Shown in pieces: positions 37,166-44,823 of a stretch of 64,000 nt of DNA (position 1 is the first letter of the stretch; each line of letters opens with the position of its first letter). This DNA is from an uncultured Acidimicrobiaceae bacterium (GTDB lineage: Bacteria; Actinomycetota; Acidimicrobiia; Acidimicrobiales; RAAP-2): the NCBI GenBank assembly GCA_963817735.1, contig CAWFPP010000012.1:32228-96227 (forward strand). The letters are read 5' to 3'. Under the pieces are notes generated by a model. The model searched no databases. It worked only from the letters and a program-made list of their open reading frames with translations, and was not told the origin of the DNA. The position numbers and the translations under genes were made by a program.

Positions 37166-38734
37166 TCAGACCGGCGCCGCGACGCGGGTTTCGGACGGGA
37201 CGGTGAAGACGATCCGGGCACCGCGGGTCACATCGGGGTCGATCCAGATGTGCCCGCCGTGCGCCTCGACGAAGGCCTTGGCGATGGCCAGCCCGAGGCC
37301 GGCTCTTCCTCCGCCACTGTTCTGGCTGAACATCTCGAAGACGCTCTCGCTGTCCTCCCGTGCGATGCCGGGGCCGTCATCGGCGACAGCGATCTCCACC
37401 CGTTGCGGTTGGCCGGGCGCGCGGCGCGCTGTCACACGGATCACGCTGTACTGGGGAGAAAGGCGCTCGGCGTTCTCGAGCACGTTCGCCAGGACCTGGC
37501 TCATCAGGACGGGATCGAGGTGGAGCGGCGGCAGGTCTGCCGGGGCCTCTACCGTGATGCGGCCGGGTGCGACGATCCCGCCCAACTGGGCCAGTGCCTC
37601 CTCGACCAGGCCGGTGAAGCTGACTGTCATCGGTCGCAGCTCGAGCGAGCCTGCCTCCAGCCGGGTCATGTCGAGAAGGTTGGTCACCAGCCGCGCCAGG
37701 CGGTCCGATTGGAGCTCAATGAGCTCCAGCAGCTCGGCGCGGTCCTCCGGGCTCAGCTGAGCATCGACTTGGCGCATACTCGACACGGCCGTTTTGATGG
37801 AGGCCAGCGGGGTGCGCAGGTCGTGCGAGGCCGCGCCCATCAGCGCGCGGCGCCAACGGTCGATCTCCTCGAGCAGGCGTGCCCGCAGCGCCTGTTCGCT
37901 GAGCTGCGCCCGATCGATGGCCAGCGCGGCCTGGTTGGCGAACGTGCCGAGGAGGCTGCGGTCGTGCTCCACCAGCTGCACGTCTTGGAGCACCAGCATG
38001 CCCACCGGCCGGTGGTTGACGACCAGCGCGACCGAGACCCGTCGCGGGCTGGCATCGTCGAGCCATCCGAGGGATCGCGCCCGCCCACCGCCCGACGTGA
38101 CCGAAGCGATGTCCTCGTCCGTCAGGGGCTCGCCCGCACTGGCGGCAACCCGCAGGGCTGTCGCAGGTCCATGATCGGCGGCATCCGAATCGGGCAGCAC
38201 GAGCGTCGTCCAGCGCGGAGCGAAGACGGACTGGACGGTGGTGACCATGTGCGTCAGCAGCTGGGACAACGTGAGGTCCCCGATCAATGCCTGGGACAGC
38301 TCGTACAGGCGTTCGGACTCCCCGGTGCGGAGCTCCGCCTCTTCCCGCGCGCCCTGCAGCTTGGCCACGACTTGGGAGACGACCAGTACGACCACGACAT
38401 AGACGACAAGTGCGACCCAGTTCTGGGGCGAGCGGACCGTCAGCGTGTTGTAGGGAGGGAGGAAGAACACGTCGTAGAGGACGAATCCCACCAATGCGCC
38501 GACGAGCCCGGGAAGCAAGCCGCCGATGACGACCCCTGCCAGCGCCGGCAGCACGAACAACAAGGCCGGGAGGGCGATGCTCAGATGAGCCCGGAAGGGA
38601 AGCAGGAGGCCCAGCAGCGCGCCGAGGCCTGCCAACGTGACCGCGATCCCCACTGCGGTTCGCTGGTATGTTGCCCTGGTAAGCAGCCCTCTTGGTCTGA
38701 CCTGCGTCACAATTTCCGTCCTTCGGAGTGTCAT
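37166..38734 (-). CDS. kdpD: KdpD C-terminal module: 4-TM + GAF + HisKA + HATPase sensor kinase lacking the KdpD N-terminal/Usp domains
   Basis: Starts MTLRRTEIVTQVRPRGLL, then TM helices, a GAF-like region, H-box GAASHDLRTPLASI, and G-boxes DDGPGI / GLGLAIAKAF. The track ORF extension to 39337 is antisense to the KdpD-N gene and looks non-coding. Confidence 0.85.
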   Translation of the reverse strand: MTLRRTEIVTQVRPRGLLTRATYQRTAVGIAVTLAGLGALLGLLLPFRAHLSIALPALLFVLPALAGVVIGGLLPGLVGALVGFVLYDVFFLPPYNTLTVRSPQNWVALVVYVVVVLVVSQVVAKLQGAREEAELRTGESERLYELSQALIGDLTLSQLLTHMVTTVQSVFAPRWTTLVLPDSDAADHGPATALRVAASAGEPLTDEDIASVTSGGGRARSLGWLDDASPRRVSVALVVNHRPVGMLVLQDVQLVEHDRSLLGTFANQAALAIDRAQLSEQALRARLLEEIDRWRRALMGAASHDLRTPLASIKTAVSSMRQVDAQLSPEDRAELLELIELQSDRLARLVTNLLDMTRLEAGSLELRPMTVSFTGLVEEALAQLGGIVAPGRITVEAPADLPPLHLDPVLMSQVLANVLENAERLSPQYSVIRVTARRAPGQPQRVEIAVADDGPGIAREDSESVFEMFSQNSGGGRAGLGLAIAKAFVEAHGGHIWIDPDVTRGARIVFTVPSETRVAAPV

Positions 38735-38779
38735 TGAGTGTACCGACGGGCTGGTGGGACCGGTCGAAGAGAGGTGGAA

Positions 38780-39928
38780 ATGACTGCCAGCACAGGTGAA
38801 GACGAAGGTGTCCGCCCAACCGGGAAATTCAGGGTCTACCTCGGAGCGGCTGCCGGAGTCGGCAAGACGTGCGCCATGCTCGACGAGGGATGGCGTCGCT
38901 TCCAGCGCGGGGCCGACGTGGTCGTCGGATTCGTCGAGACACACAAGCGGCCCTACACCGTCGAGCAGATCCGGGATCTTCCGGTCGTGCCACGCAAACA
39001 TGTGCAGTACCGCGACGCCGACTGGGAGGAGCTGGATGTCGACGCCGTGCTGGCCCGTCAGCCCAAAGTGGTGTTGATCGACGAGCTGGCGCATACCAAT
39101 GTGCCCGATTCGGGTCGCCACGAGAAGCGTTGGGAAGACGTCCTCGAGATCCTTGACGCGGGTATTGCGGTGATCACGACGGTCAATATTCAACACATCG
39201 AATCTGTGGCCGACGCCGTCGAGCGGATCACCGGGGTCGGCGTGCGCGAGCGGGTCCCCGACTGGGTTGTCCGGAGGGCGGACCAGATCGAGCTGATCGA
39301 TTCCTCGGCCGACCAGCTCCGCCGGCGCATGCTGCACGGCAACATCTACCCCGAGAGCAAGGTCCCGGCGGCCCTGAACGGGTTCTTCCGGGCCGAGAAT
39401 CTGGCGGCCCTGCGCGAGCTTTCGCTGCGCTTCGTGGCCGACGAGACCGAAGAGGAGCTCCTCGAGTACCTACGCTCGAAGGGAGCGGGCGGGGAGCTCT
39501 GGGAAACCACCGAGCGCATCATGGTTGCAGTCACCGGGGCGCCGGGGAACGCCTCTGTGATCAGACGGGCGGCGCGCATCGCGGCCCGGGTCAAGGCTCC
39601 CCTCGTGGCGATCCATGTGGTGTCCGGTGATGCCAACGCGAACCAGGCCAGTACGGCCGAGCTGGAGGAGTTGGTGACGGCGGTCGGGGGTTCCTGGCAG
39701 ACAGTGGAAGGCGACGACATCGCGAAAGCGATCTTCGCCGCTGCGGTGGACCAGCAGATCACTCAGATCGTGATAGGGACCTCGCGCCTGACCCGCTGGC
39801 AGTCGATGACCCGAGCCTCGGTCGTGCAGCAGATTCTGCGCATGGCGTCCGAGAACGACATCGACCTGCACGTGATTGCGCGCCGGCAGGAAGTAAAGGA
39901 TCGTCCGACCGTAGACGAGGACGGCTAG
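38780..39928 (+). CDS. Stand-alone KdpD N-terminal sensor domain plus Usp domain protein
   Basis: FRVYLGAAAGVGKTCAMLDEG...VVGFVETHKR...LIDELAHTNVPDSGRHEKRWEDVLEILDAGIAVITTVNIQHIES...ALRELSLR is the KdpD N-terminal domain. A Usp-like part follows (IMVAVTGAPGNASVIRRAARIA...). ATG 38780 has GAGAGGTGGAA upstream. Confidence 0.85.
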   Translation: MTASTGEDEGVRPTGKFRVYLGAAAGVGKTCAMLDEGWRRFQRGADVVVGFVETHKRPYTVEQIRDLPVVPRKHVQYRDADWEELDVDAVLARQPKVVLIDELAHTNVPDSGRHEKRWEDVLEILDAGIAVITTVNIQHIESVADAVERITGVGVRERVPDWVVRRADQIELIDSSADQLRRRMLHGNIYPESKVPAALNGFFRAENLAALRELSLRFVADETEEELLEYLRSKGAGGELWETTERIMVAVTGAPGNASVIRRAARIAARVKAPLVAIHVVSGDANANQASTAELEELVTAVGGSWQTVEGDDIAKAIFAAAVDQQITQIVIGTSRLTRWQSMTRASVVQQILRMASENDIDLHVIARRQEVKDRPTVDEDG

Positions 39929-40644
39929 CTGTAGGGGCCCGAGAGATCGCCGAAGGCGGCGTCCGCCGCCTTACTCGCCGCCAGCTGCATGCACTTGTTG
40001 AGATGCGCCAACGCCTTGGCGCGCCGCGGATCCCGAGCCAGGTACTTGGCCACAGCGACGGGGTCCGCCGACCCGTCGGGCTTACTCAACCTGAAGACAG
40101 CCTGGTCCACCATGTGCTCGTCCGGGCGGTCGCTGATGCCGCGATAGACCGACCACTCGACACCGGCCTCGTCACACACCTCGGCCACGCCGGCAGCCTC
40201 CATGTCGACGGCACCGAAGCCTCGTTCGACGATGGGGCGCCACACGTCGTCGTCGTCAAAGAGCCCGTCGGTGGTCATGAGGGCTCCCGCCGCCTGCCGC
40301 GGACCGACCGGGTGAGCGCTGAAGACAGGCCCGTCGGGATAGAGCTGCACCCGCTCCGGGACCATCAGCGACCCGACGGGGAGCGCAGGGTCCAGCCCGC
40401 CGGCGATCCCAATCACCATGACGTGGTCGATCGATCCGGCCGACAGGGCCTGGTGGGTGGCCTGGCGCGCCAGGGCCGGGCCCATACCTGTCACGAGCGC
40501 TCCTACCCACCATGCTCCCGCGGTCCCCGCATGGGAGAACACTGGATCCGTCGGTGTGGCGTCCAGGCCGAAGGATTTCACGATCGCCTTGAGCTCGGGC
40601 TGCATCGGAGCCAGTACGGCCACTCGTTTCGTGGTCTCTGTCAC
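39925..40644 (-). CDS. Nucleoside phosphorylase-family protein (MTA/SAH nucleosidase or futalosine hydrolase-like)
   Basis: VAVLAPMQPEL...VTGMGPALA...IGIAGGLDP...VDMEAAGVAEVC is the PNP_UDP_1 pattern. Confidence 0.65.
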   Translation of the reverse strand: MTETTKRVAVLAPMQPELKAIVKSFGLDATPTDPVFSHAGTAGAWWVGALVTGMGPALARQATHQALSAGSIDHVMVIGIAGGLDPALPVGSLMVPERVQLYPDGPVFSAHPVGPRQAAGALMTTDGLFDDDDVWRPIVERGFGAVDMEAAGVAEVCDEAGVEWSVYRGISDRPDEHMVDQAVFRLSKPDGSADPVAVAKYLARDPRRAKALAHLNKCMQLAASKAADAAFGDLSGPYS

Positions 40645-40673
40645 GCCGTCATCATGCCCGATCGTTCGATAGC

Positions 40674-41081
40674 GTGAGCGGCCAGGTCAGCCAGAGAGGA
40701 GCGCCGATGCCCAGCGCCGAACAGGTCGTGCAGGACTTCTGTGCCGCAGCGAGCACTCGGGACCCTCAGGTGCTGCGGTCCTTCTTCTCGGACGACATCG
40801 TCTACCACAACATCCCGATGGAGCCAGCCGAGGGGATCGACGCCACCATGGCGGTGATCGACATGTTTCTCGGCATGTGCGACGCCCTGGAATTCAAGGT
40901 CCACCATCTGGCGAGCGACGGGACAACGGTGCTCACTGAACGGACCGACATCTTCACCATCAACGGGAAGTCCGCCCCCCTGCCCGTCATGGGTGCCTTC
41001 CACGTGGTCGACGGGAAGATCACCGCATGGCGGGACTACTTCGACATGGCGCAGGTAACGGCCATGTTCGAAGCGGGGTAA
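40674..41081 (+). CDS. SnoaL-like / limonene-1,2-epoxide hydrolase family (NTF2 fold) protein
   Basis: VVQDFCAAASTRDPQVLRSFFSDDIVYHNIPMEP...GKITAWRDYFDMAQV is typical of LEH-like proteins. Confidence 0.7.
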   Translation: MSGQVSQRGAPMPSAEQVVQDFCAAASTRDPQVLRSFFSDDIVYHNIPMEPAEGIDATMAVIDMFLGMCDALEFKVHHLASDGTTVLTERTDIFTINGKSAPLPVMGAFHVVDGKITAWRDYFDMAQVTAMFEAG

Positions 41082-41090
41082 CGACAAGAC

Positions 41091-41615
41091 TCAGTAGCTG
41101 TGGCACTCTCCGGGTGCGTCGGGCGGTCCTTGACCGTGCGCCGCCTCCCAGGCCAGTTGGACCGACGCCGGGGCGCTGCCGGCGGTCGGGTAGCCATCAA
41201 AGCCGTTCCACTCGAGGATCCCGAAGTAGCCGGCATACGGGTTGTCGTTCCCGCCCTCTTCGCAGATGGCTGTCGGCATCCATGACGCCGGGATGGTGTT
41301 CTCCTGGGCCGCGATGGCCTGAAAGAACCTCAGGTTCTGAATGAACGTCAGATCCTTGTAGAAGGTGGCCTCTTGCGCCGCCTCGACTGCGTTGGCGTAG
41401 GTCACGATCTGGGCGGCCTTGCGGGCCTGGGAATAGGACATCAACTTGTCGTCGATGCGCACCGGTCGGTGCGTGTCGGTACCCGGGTGGGCGCCCACCG
41501 CTTCGTGGCGGGTCGCCTGGGCCCAGGCGGCGTCACTGCTCGACAGCGACGTGAGTACTGGAATGGCAACAGCGTTGACGGCCACCGCCGTCGTGAGTGC
41601 AATGCGGATCCGCAC
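41091..41615 (-). CDS. Secreted Rpf-like transglycosylase domain protein (paralogue 1)
   Basis: GTG start with GGGAGG 7 nt upstream and a signal-like VRIRIALTTAVAVNAVAIPVL. The C-terminal AICEEGGNDNPYAGYFGILEWNGF resembles the Rpf transglycosylase-like core (CExGGN...G.FQ...W). Confidence 0.65.
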   Translation of the reverse strand: MRIRIALTTAVAVNAVAIPVLTSLSSSDAAWAQATRHEAVGAHPGTDTHRPVRIDDKLMSYSQARKAAQIVTYANAVEAAQEATFYKDLTFIQNLRFFQAIAAQENTIPASWMPTAICEEGGNDNPYAGYFGILEWNGFDGYPTAGSAPASVQLAWEAAHGQGPPDAPGECHSY

Positions 41616-41773
41616 GGCACCTCCCTTCGTCGGGCGCGCGCTCGGCGCGCGCCAGGCTCTGCTCGGTGTGGGCGGGCTCCGGCCATTGCATTCGCGCCCC
41701 GAACGGCGAGCGGGAAGGCTTCGTCCGTTCTGGCTTGTCGCCGCAGGGTGTGCGGCCGGTTGTGTACAGCCCT
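41616..41773 (-). promoter_or_regulatory. Conserved structured 5' leader, copy 1 (candidate c-di-AMP/ydaO-type riboswitch)
   Basis: About 158 nt, nearly identical to 42541-42693 upstream of the paralogue. Contains GGGGCGCGAAUGC and CCGGAGCCCGCCCACACCGAGCAGAGCC, which loosely resemble the ydaO segments GGGGUGAAUCC and CCCGAACCCGACAGCUAACCUCGUAAGCG. A GC hairpin sits just 5' of the SD. Confidence 0.4.
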
Positions 41774-41847
41774 TCTCAAGTCGTTGCTCGGTGTCGTCCT
41801 CGCTTCATGTCCCGGCCTTCACCGGGGCTGGTCGATTGCTCGGTCTC

Positions 41848-42540
41848 TCAGAGCCCGCAGAGGTAGCGGGTCGTCCAGGGTTCCCAGCCGCGTTGGGAGT
41901 AGAGCTTGAGCGCGGCCGCGTCCTGCACTGCCGGCGGGTAGTCCTCGGCTGGCGAAGGCAAGCCCGTCAGGGCCGTCCACGTACCGAACTCGAACTGGTA
42001 CGCGCCACCGTTCCCGACGGAGTAGTTCCCTCCGGACTCGTGCTGCCGGATGCAGGCCCAGTCAGGCGTATTGGTGCTCGTGGCATCGGAGGCCTCGGCG
42101 GGAGCTGCGGTTGCTTGCGCCGCTGCCGCTGCCGCTGCCGCTGCCGCTGCCGGTGCCGCTGCCGGTGCCGGCGCTGGCGATGGTGCTGGTGGCGGAACCG
42201 CCGCGGCCTGGGCCCTTGCCGCCGCCGCTGCGGCTGCTGCTTGCGCGGCGGCCTGCTGCTGACGCTGGGCCGCGACCGCCTTGATGTAGGAGATCTCGGT
42301 CAGATACGTCTTGACTTCGCCCGCCTCCACGGCGCCGGCGTACGTGACCATGCGGGCAACGTTCTGTGCTTGGGCGTACGACATGAGCGTGTCATCGATT
42401 TTCACGGTCCGGTGTCGGCTGATCGCCTCGTGGCGGGACAACCGCGTCGAAGCCGCGGAGGTACTGCTGAAGAACGCGAAAAAGATCGCGGGTATAGCTA
42501 TGACGGCAACTGCCGTCCCTAGTGCAATGCGGATCCGCAC
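41848..42540 (-). CDS. Secreted transglycosylase-like protein with an Ala/Pro-rich linker (paralogue 2)
   Basis: Same N-terminus type (VRIRIALGTAVAVIAIPAIFF) and middle domain as 41091..41615, followed by poly-Ala/Pro. The C-terminal DWACIRQHESGGNYSVGNGGAYQFEFGTWTAL is an IsaA/Rpf-type transglycosylase motif. GTG at 42540 by analogy with the paralogue. Confidence 0.65.
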   Translation of the reverse strand: MRIRIALGTAVAVIAIPAIFFAFFSSTSAASTRLSRHEAISRHRTVKIDDTLMSYAQAQNVARMVTYAGAVEAGEVKTYLTEISYIKAVAAQRQQQAAAQAAAAAAAARAQAAAVPPPAPSPAPAPAAAPAAAAAAAAAAAQATAAPAEASDATSTNTPDWACIRQHESGGNYSVGNGGAYQFEFGTWTALTGLPSPAEDYPPAVQDAAALKLYSQRGWEPWTTRYLCGL

Positions 42541-42693
42541 GGCACCTCCCTTCGTCGGACGCGCAAGGCGCGCCAGGCTCTGCTCGGTGTAGGCGGGCTC
42601 CGGCCATTGCATTCGCGCCCCGAACGGCGAGCGGGAAGGCGTCGTCCGTTCTGGCTAGTCGCCGCAGGGTGTGCGGCCGGTTGTGTACAGCCC
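42541..42693 (-). promoter_or_regulatory. Conserved structured 5' leader, copy 2 (candidate c-di-AMP/ydaO-type riboswitch)
   Basis: Near-identical to 41616-41773. The differences cluster in the SD-proximal GC hairpin (GGCGCGCGCcgaGCGCGCGCC versus a shorter GGCGCGCCttGCGCGUCC version). Confidence 0.4.
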
Positions 42694-42942
42694 CTGGAAT
42701 GGTCCTGGGTGTCGTCCTCGATTCACTGTCTCGGCTGGCCTGCAGCCAGGCGCGCCGTGACGTCGGTCATTATGAAAACGTCCGGTTGGCCACTTGCTTT
42801 CGGTATGCAGCTCTAACTCTGTTCACCGCTTGCATCCGAAAGGCCATCCCGGATTTGCGGACAGCAATCTACAGGGTTGCCACTTGAACCGGTGTTCGCT
42901 GAGCCGTTCACCGCTCTGAGCTGGGAGTTTAGGGATATTCCT

Positions 42943-42958
42943 TGTGACACAAATCACA
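42943..42958. promoter_or_regulatory. Perfect CRP/GlxR-type palindrome TGTGA-N6-TCACA
   Basis: TGTGAcacaaaTCACA lies in the AT-richer ~450-nt gap between the Rpf-like gene (divergent) and the acyl-CoA ligase gene. Confidence 0.45.
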
Positions 42959-43148
42959 AAGTCCCTGGTCGGAGGGTCGCATTTAGATCAATGGGAGCCA
43001 TAAATTTGCCATTAATTTCCCGAAAAAGCGCCTGACCAGTAGTTACGCTGATCGCGCAAGACCGTCAGATCGCCCCGAATCCCCGGCAGGCCCGTCGCGA
43101 GACTGCCTAGGGTCCCGTGCCGAAACGGTCGCGAGGAGGAGGTCACCG

Positions 43149-44756
43149 GTGGCATCGAGCGGGAGTGTCACTGGGGAGGACCGCTACACGGTGGCAGGCT
43201 TGTTGCGCCACCTGGCGCGCCGGCAGGCGAACGACGAGATGCTGGTGCAGGGTGTGCTGCGCCGCACCTGGGCCGAGGAGTTCGACGTTGCATGCCGCGT
43301 CGCGCAGGCGGCACGGCGGGACGGTCTCGGAGTCGGTGACCGGATCGCCTTTCTCGACCGCAACGGCATCGCGTACTTCGACTTCCTGTTCGGCGGCTCG
43401 TTCATCGGAGCGGTGAACGTCGCCGTGAACTGGAGGCTGGCGCCGGCGGAGATGGCCGCCATCATCGATGACTCGGGTGCGCCGTTGCTGGCGATCCACG
43501 CCGACTACCTCCCCGTGCTGGCGGACATGGCCAGCGACCTTCCTTCGGTCCGTCGGATAGTCGTCATCGGTGACGTGCCTGCCGAGTGCACGGACGCTCG
43601 GGCGCTGCCCTTCGATGCGTGGATCGAAGGCGCTCCTGGGGAAGACCCTGGGCACGTCGGAGCGCCCGACGAGGTGAGCATGCAGCTCTACACGTCGGGG
43701 ACCACCGGGTTGCCCAAGGGGGTGATGTTGACCAACGCCAACCTCTCGACGGCGATCGGGGAAGCCGGTGTCACCTTCCACATCACCGACGACACCGTCA
43801 GCCTCGTTGCCATGCCGCTCTTTCATATCGGCGGCTCCGGCTGGGCGTTGTGTGCCATGTCACGGGGCGGACGCTCGGTCATTCTGCGCGACGTCGATCC
43901 GAGCGTCCTCCTGCGCATCATCGCGGACGAACGGATCACCGAGATGTTCGTCGTGCCCGCCGTTCTGATGCTGTTGCTGGCCACACCCTCATTGGGGGAG
44001 ACGGACCTGTCGAGCCTGCGCCTCATCTTCTACGGGGCGTCGCCCATATCCGAAGACGTCCTGGTCAAATGCATGACGACCTTTGGATGCGCCTTCTGCC
44101 AGGTCTACGGCATGACCGAGACCACCGGCGCCATTACGGCGCTCCCCTTCGAGGATCACGATCCGGACGGTCCGAAGCGCGGTCTCCTGCGCTCGGCCGG
44201 CAGGCCGCACCCGTCCGTCGCGCTGCGCGTCGTCGATCCCGACAGCGGACGGGACGCGGCGATCGGCGCGGTGGGGGAGGTCTGGACTCGCTCGCCTTAC
44301 AACATGGCGGGCTATTGGCGGAAGCCTGAAGAGACCGCAGCGACCGTGGACGACGACGGGTGGCTCCGAACCGGAGACGCCGGCTATTTCGACGCGGACG
44401 GCTACCTTTACCTGCACGATCGGATCAAGGACATGGTCGTGAGCGGTGGCGAGAACATCTACCCAGCAGAAGTCGAGAACGTCCTGCTTTCGTATTCGGC
44501 CATTGTTGACGCCGCGGTCATCAGCGTTCCGGACCCGAAATGGGGGGAGACGGTGAAGGCGATCGTCGTCTTGGCTCCGGGGCAGACGTTGGACGAAGCG
44601 GGAGTCATCGCGCACTGCCGCGACAACCTGGCCCACTACAAGTGCCCGACTTCGGTCGATGTCGCGGACTCTCTGCCTCGCAACCCCTCGGGCAAGATCC
44701 TGAAGCGTGAACTCCGGGCGCCCTACTGGGCGGGCAAGGAACGCTCCATCAACTGA
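43149..44756 (+). CDS. AMP-dependent acyl-CoA synthetase/ligase (FadD-like)
   Basis: AMP-binding motif YTSGTTGLPKGV, GYWRKPEET, TGDAGYFDADGYLYLHDRIKDMVVSGGENIYP, and the terminal PRNPSGKILKREL. Confidence 0.85.
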   Translation: MASSGSVTGEDRYTVAGLLRHLARRQANDEMLVQGVLRRTWAEEFDVACRVAQAARRDGLGVGDRIAFLDRNGIAYFDFLFGGSFIGAVNVAVNWRLAPAEMAAIIDDSGAPLLAIHADYLPVLADMASDLPSVRRIVVIGDVPAECTDARALPFDAWIEGAPGEDPGHVGAPDEVSMQLYTSGTTGLPKGVMLTNANLSTAIGEAGVTFHITDDTVSLVAMPLFHIGGSGWALCAMSRGGRSVILRDVDPSVLLRIIADERITEMFVVPAVLMLLLATPSLGETDLSSLRLIFYGASPISEDVLVKCMTTFGCAFCQVYGMTETTGAITALPFEDHDPDGPKRGLLRSAGRPHPSVALRVVDPDSGRDAAIGAVGEVWTRSPYNMAGYWRKPEETAATVDDDGWLRTGDAGYFDADGYLYLHDRIKDMVVSGGENIYPAEVENVLLSYSAIVDAAVISVPDPKWGETVKAIVVLAPGQTLDEAGVIAHCRDNLAHYKCPTSVDVADSLPRNPSGKILKRELRAPYWAGKERSIN

Positions 44757-44823
44757 GGAGCCATGAGCGGCGGCGCCGGTTGCTCCTTGTGCTTTGGTGC
44801 GGACGCAGGCGGCCGTGCCGGTG

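Noticed and set aside
36467-38737. A 756-aa + strand ORF. Similar long antisense ORFs are 19194..20549 (-), 24902..26755 (+), 31954..33141 (-), 49677..50849 (-), 51238..52509 (-) and 55394..56734 (+).
   Set aside because: All are Arg/Gly/Pro/Asp-rich translations lying antisense to, or out of frame within, genes with clear family signatures (kdpD/E, oxidoreductase, S15 hydrolase, kdpA, ABC transporter, PP2C sensor). These are typical stop-poor shadow frames of high-GC DNA.
37166-39337. The 723-aa minus-strand ORF as a full-length, single-polypeptide KdpD.
   Set aside because: Its first ~200 aa have no KdpD N-domain motifs and are the antisense of the genuine KdpD N-domain/Usp gene (38780-39928, + strand). 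The real kinase half starts at ATG 38734.
42100-42262. Highly repetitive GCN/GCC tract (gctgccgctgccgct...), considered as a possible microsatellite or CRISPR-like array.
   Set aside because: It is in frame within the transglycosylase-like gene and encodes a poly-Ala/Pro linker (AAAQAAAAAAAARAQAAAVPPPAPSPAPAPAAAPAAAAAAAAAAA). There is no repeat-spacer architecture.
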